A stretch of DNA of 64,000 bases from Macrostomum lignano (Eukaryota). This document shows, in pieces, positions 62,318 to 64,000 of this stretch (position 1 is the first letter of the stretch; every line of letters starts with the position of its first letter). Location of the stretch: assembly GCA_002269645.1 (NCBI GenBank), contig NIVC01003328.1, positions 39,884 to 103,883 of the forward strand. The letters are read 5' to 3'. Both the position numbers and the translations under genes were made by a program. A model generated the notes under the pieces. That model did not search any database. It worked only from the letters and a program-made list of their open reading frames with translations, and was not told the origin of the DNA.

Positions 62318-64000
62318 CTGCGGGGATTGAGGTGAGCAGTCAGCACTCAGCTTGAGCAGTCAGTCTGGGCACGACATTAAAGCTGCTAATCTAGATGACG
62401 TAGTGACTTCAATTGGAATATATAGAAGCATTATAAAATAATTAAAAATTCTTTGTAAGGCTGAGGTCATACACCTGAACACATAAATAAAAGACCTCTA
62501 AAGCAATGCTATATGGTTTTTGGTGCTCGATTAGTTTGTCCATTTTTTAAATGTTTCTAAAAAATGGAACTGCCCGAGGACGCGCGGCGTTATTAAAGAC
62601 AGACGCCTATGTTTTCGTATGTCTATGTCCGAAACCCATAGAATTGAAAAGAGGGACGCAAAAGCGAGAGAAGACACAGCATCAAAGGAGTTCTAACTGA
62701 CGCGTTTATCACGTACTGGACATGAACCTGGGGTAAAGTGGAAGTGGTCCTACAACTGCCAGTCTGTCTTCTGCTAAACAAGGGACTCCTAAAATAGCAT
62801 TAGAGTGCTAGCTCTAGAAGTCCCTGGCTAAGCCCTGATTTACCCTAAAAGTTATTCTATAAGCTGTGCTACTTGTTTGGCATTACGAGGCCATAGTCAA
62901 TGAATTCCAAATATATAAACAACTTCAGTGTCACTGGGGTGAGTTTGGGCCATAGACAGCTTGCAAAAGTAGTCCCTGCAGCAGGTTTGTAGAGCTACAG
63001 AATCAGAGAGCAACCAGCTAAGCCAAAATGGAGTTCGCCTTGGCTTTGGTGGGTGCCAGCAGCACAAGTGTATATCAGGTGTTGCAGACCCATGGACCAA
63101 CTGCAGGGAATCAGTGAGATGTTTGCAAATATGGTAATTCCAAGTTCTGCAAGATATTGATTGCCATTTGCCATGCAAAGAGATGGCTAGTACTCTCTTT
63201 TAAGTGTACATCCTCATTCAAGATCTTGGACTTGGGAATGTCACAGCCAGCCCTGGCAGAAGCACCCACAGAGTATGTCACTGGGTCTTATTCATGATGT
63301 ATGACAATACCAGTTTATACACTGCCATAGGACTATTAGTAGAAAATGCTGCCTTTTTTCACCAAATTCCTCTGACAAGGATAGTTGTATTTGAAAATAA
63401 TTGTGCAATTAATTATATAACTCACAATCATATATCCAGAAACTATCATTTCAAACCATTGGGAATATATAATTCAAGCCAATCAATTTAATTAACTAAA
63501 GTAGCATTCATTTTATAATATTTCTAGCATTGCAAATATGTTCTAAGAATTATCTATTAGGCCTAACTTTGATATCTAAATAAATATAGATATGACAAGT
63601 GATAACAAAATTAAAAACAAAATATTAGCAAGATTAGGCAGTAGGTTGAATGATTAAGACTAAAAATGCAACTGTTATTTAATATCTTGTTTTTGCTATA
63701 CTAAAACATTCTGCCTTAAATAATAACATTTGTACTTTTATAATGTTATGTTTCTAAAAAGAGTATTGACTTATATTTATAACTATGGCTATGTTATTGA
63801 CAAAATTTTATATTTAAGGCTCCTTCTTTAAGCTAGTGATAATTGGCATAGGTGCACTCCCAGGGGGAAGAAGGATAGTCACCTCTTTTAGCAAAGACCT
63901 AAACAGAAAATAAAATAAAGGAAAGATTAAACAAGTGAATTTTTTATAAAAATATAGTCTAGGTAGAGCCATTCTATCTAGGTCTTTACTATCTAGAATT

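Noticed and set aside
62897-63491. Short ORFs in the terminal AT-rich region
   Set aside because: No motifs, AT-rich codon usage and multiple stops in adjacent frames; possibly a decayed repeat.

Overview
Eukaryotic (animal) genomic DNA, not prokaryotic. The genes are spliced with GT-AG introns, have GC-rich codons and minisatellite-filled introns, and two lack a usable ATG. This style fits a Macrostomum-type flatworm best (inference, not verified). Layout: (1) 1-4.1 kb, a 17-bp satellite. (2) 4.1-21.3 kb, a GC-rich island with a BarH-like homeobox gene (minus strand, apparent 1-nt frameshift in helix 3), a cytosolic-type SHMT (plus) and a small ubiquitin-like gene (minus). (3) ~21.4-42.0 kb, an AT-rich block with no recognisable genes, packed with nested non-autonomous DNA transposons, a foldback, a tRNA-derived SINE and palindromic octamers. 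(4) A truncated Ty3/gypsy gag, then three tightly packed co-directional genes: Rab escort protein, GSTCD, TMEM126. (5) A hAT MITE and a mariner relic. (6) An Mnx/HB9 homeobox gene (plus) converging on a PCGF RING-RAWUL gene (minus), then AT-rich DNA again. Top leads: PCGF and TMEM126 lack a usable genomic ATG but have phase-0 acceptors, as expected if the AUG ending the flatworm spliced leader supplies the start codon; REP-GSTCD-TMEM126 may be a trans-spliced operon; and short introns are each inflated by a private minisatellite containing splice-site-like motifs. All exon coordinates were derived by hand, and protein identities rest on remembered family motifs, not database searches.
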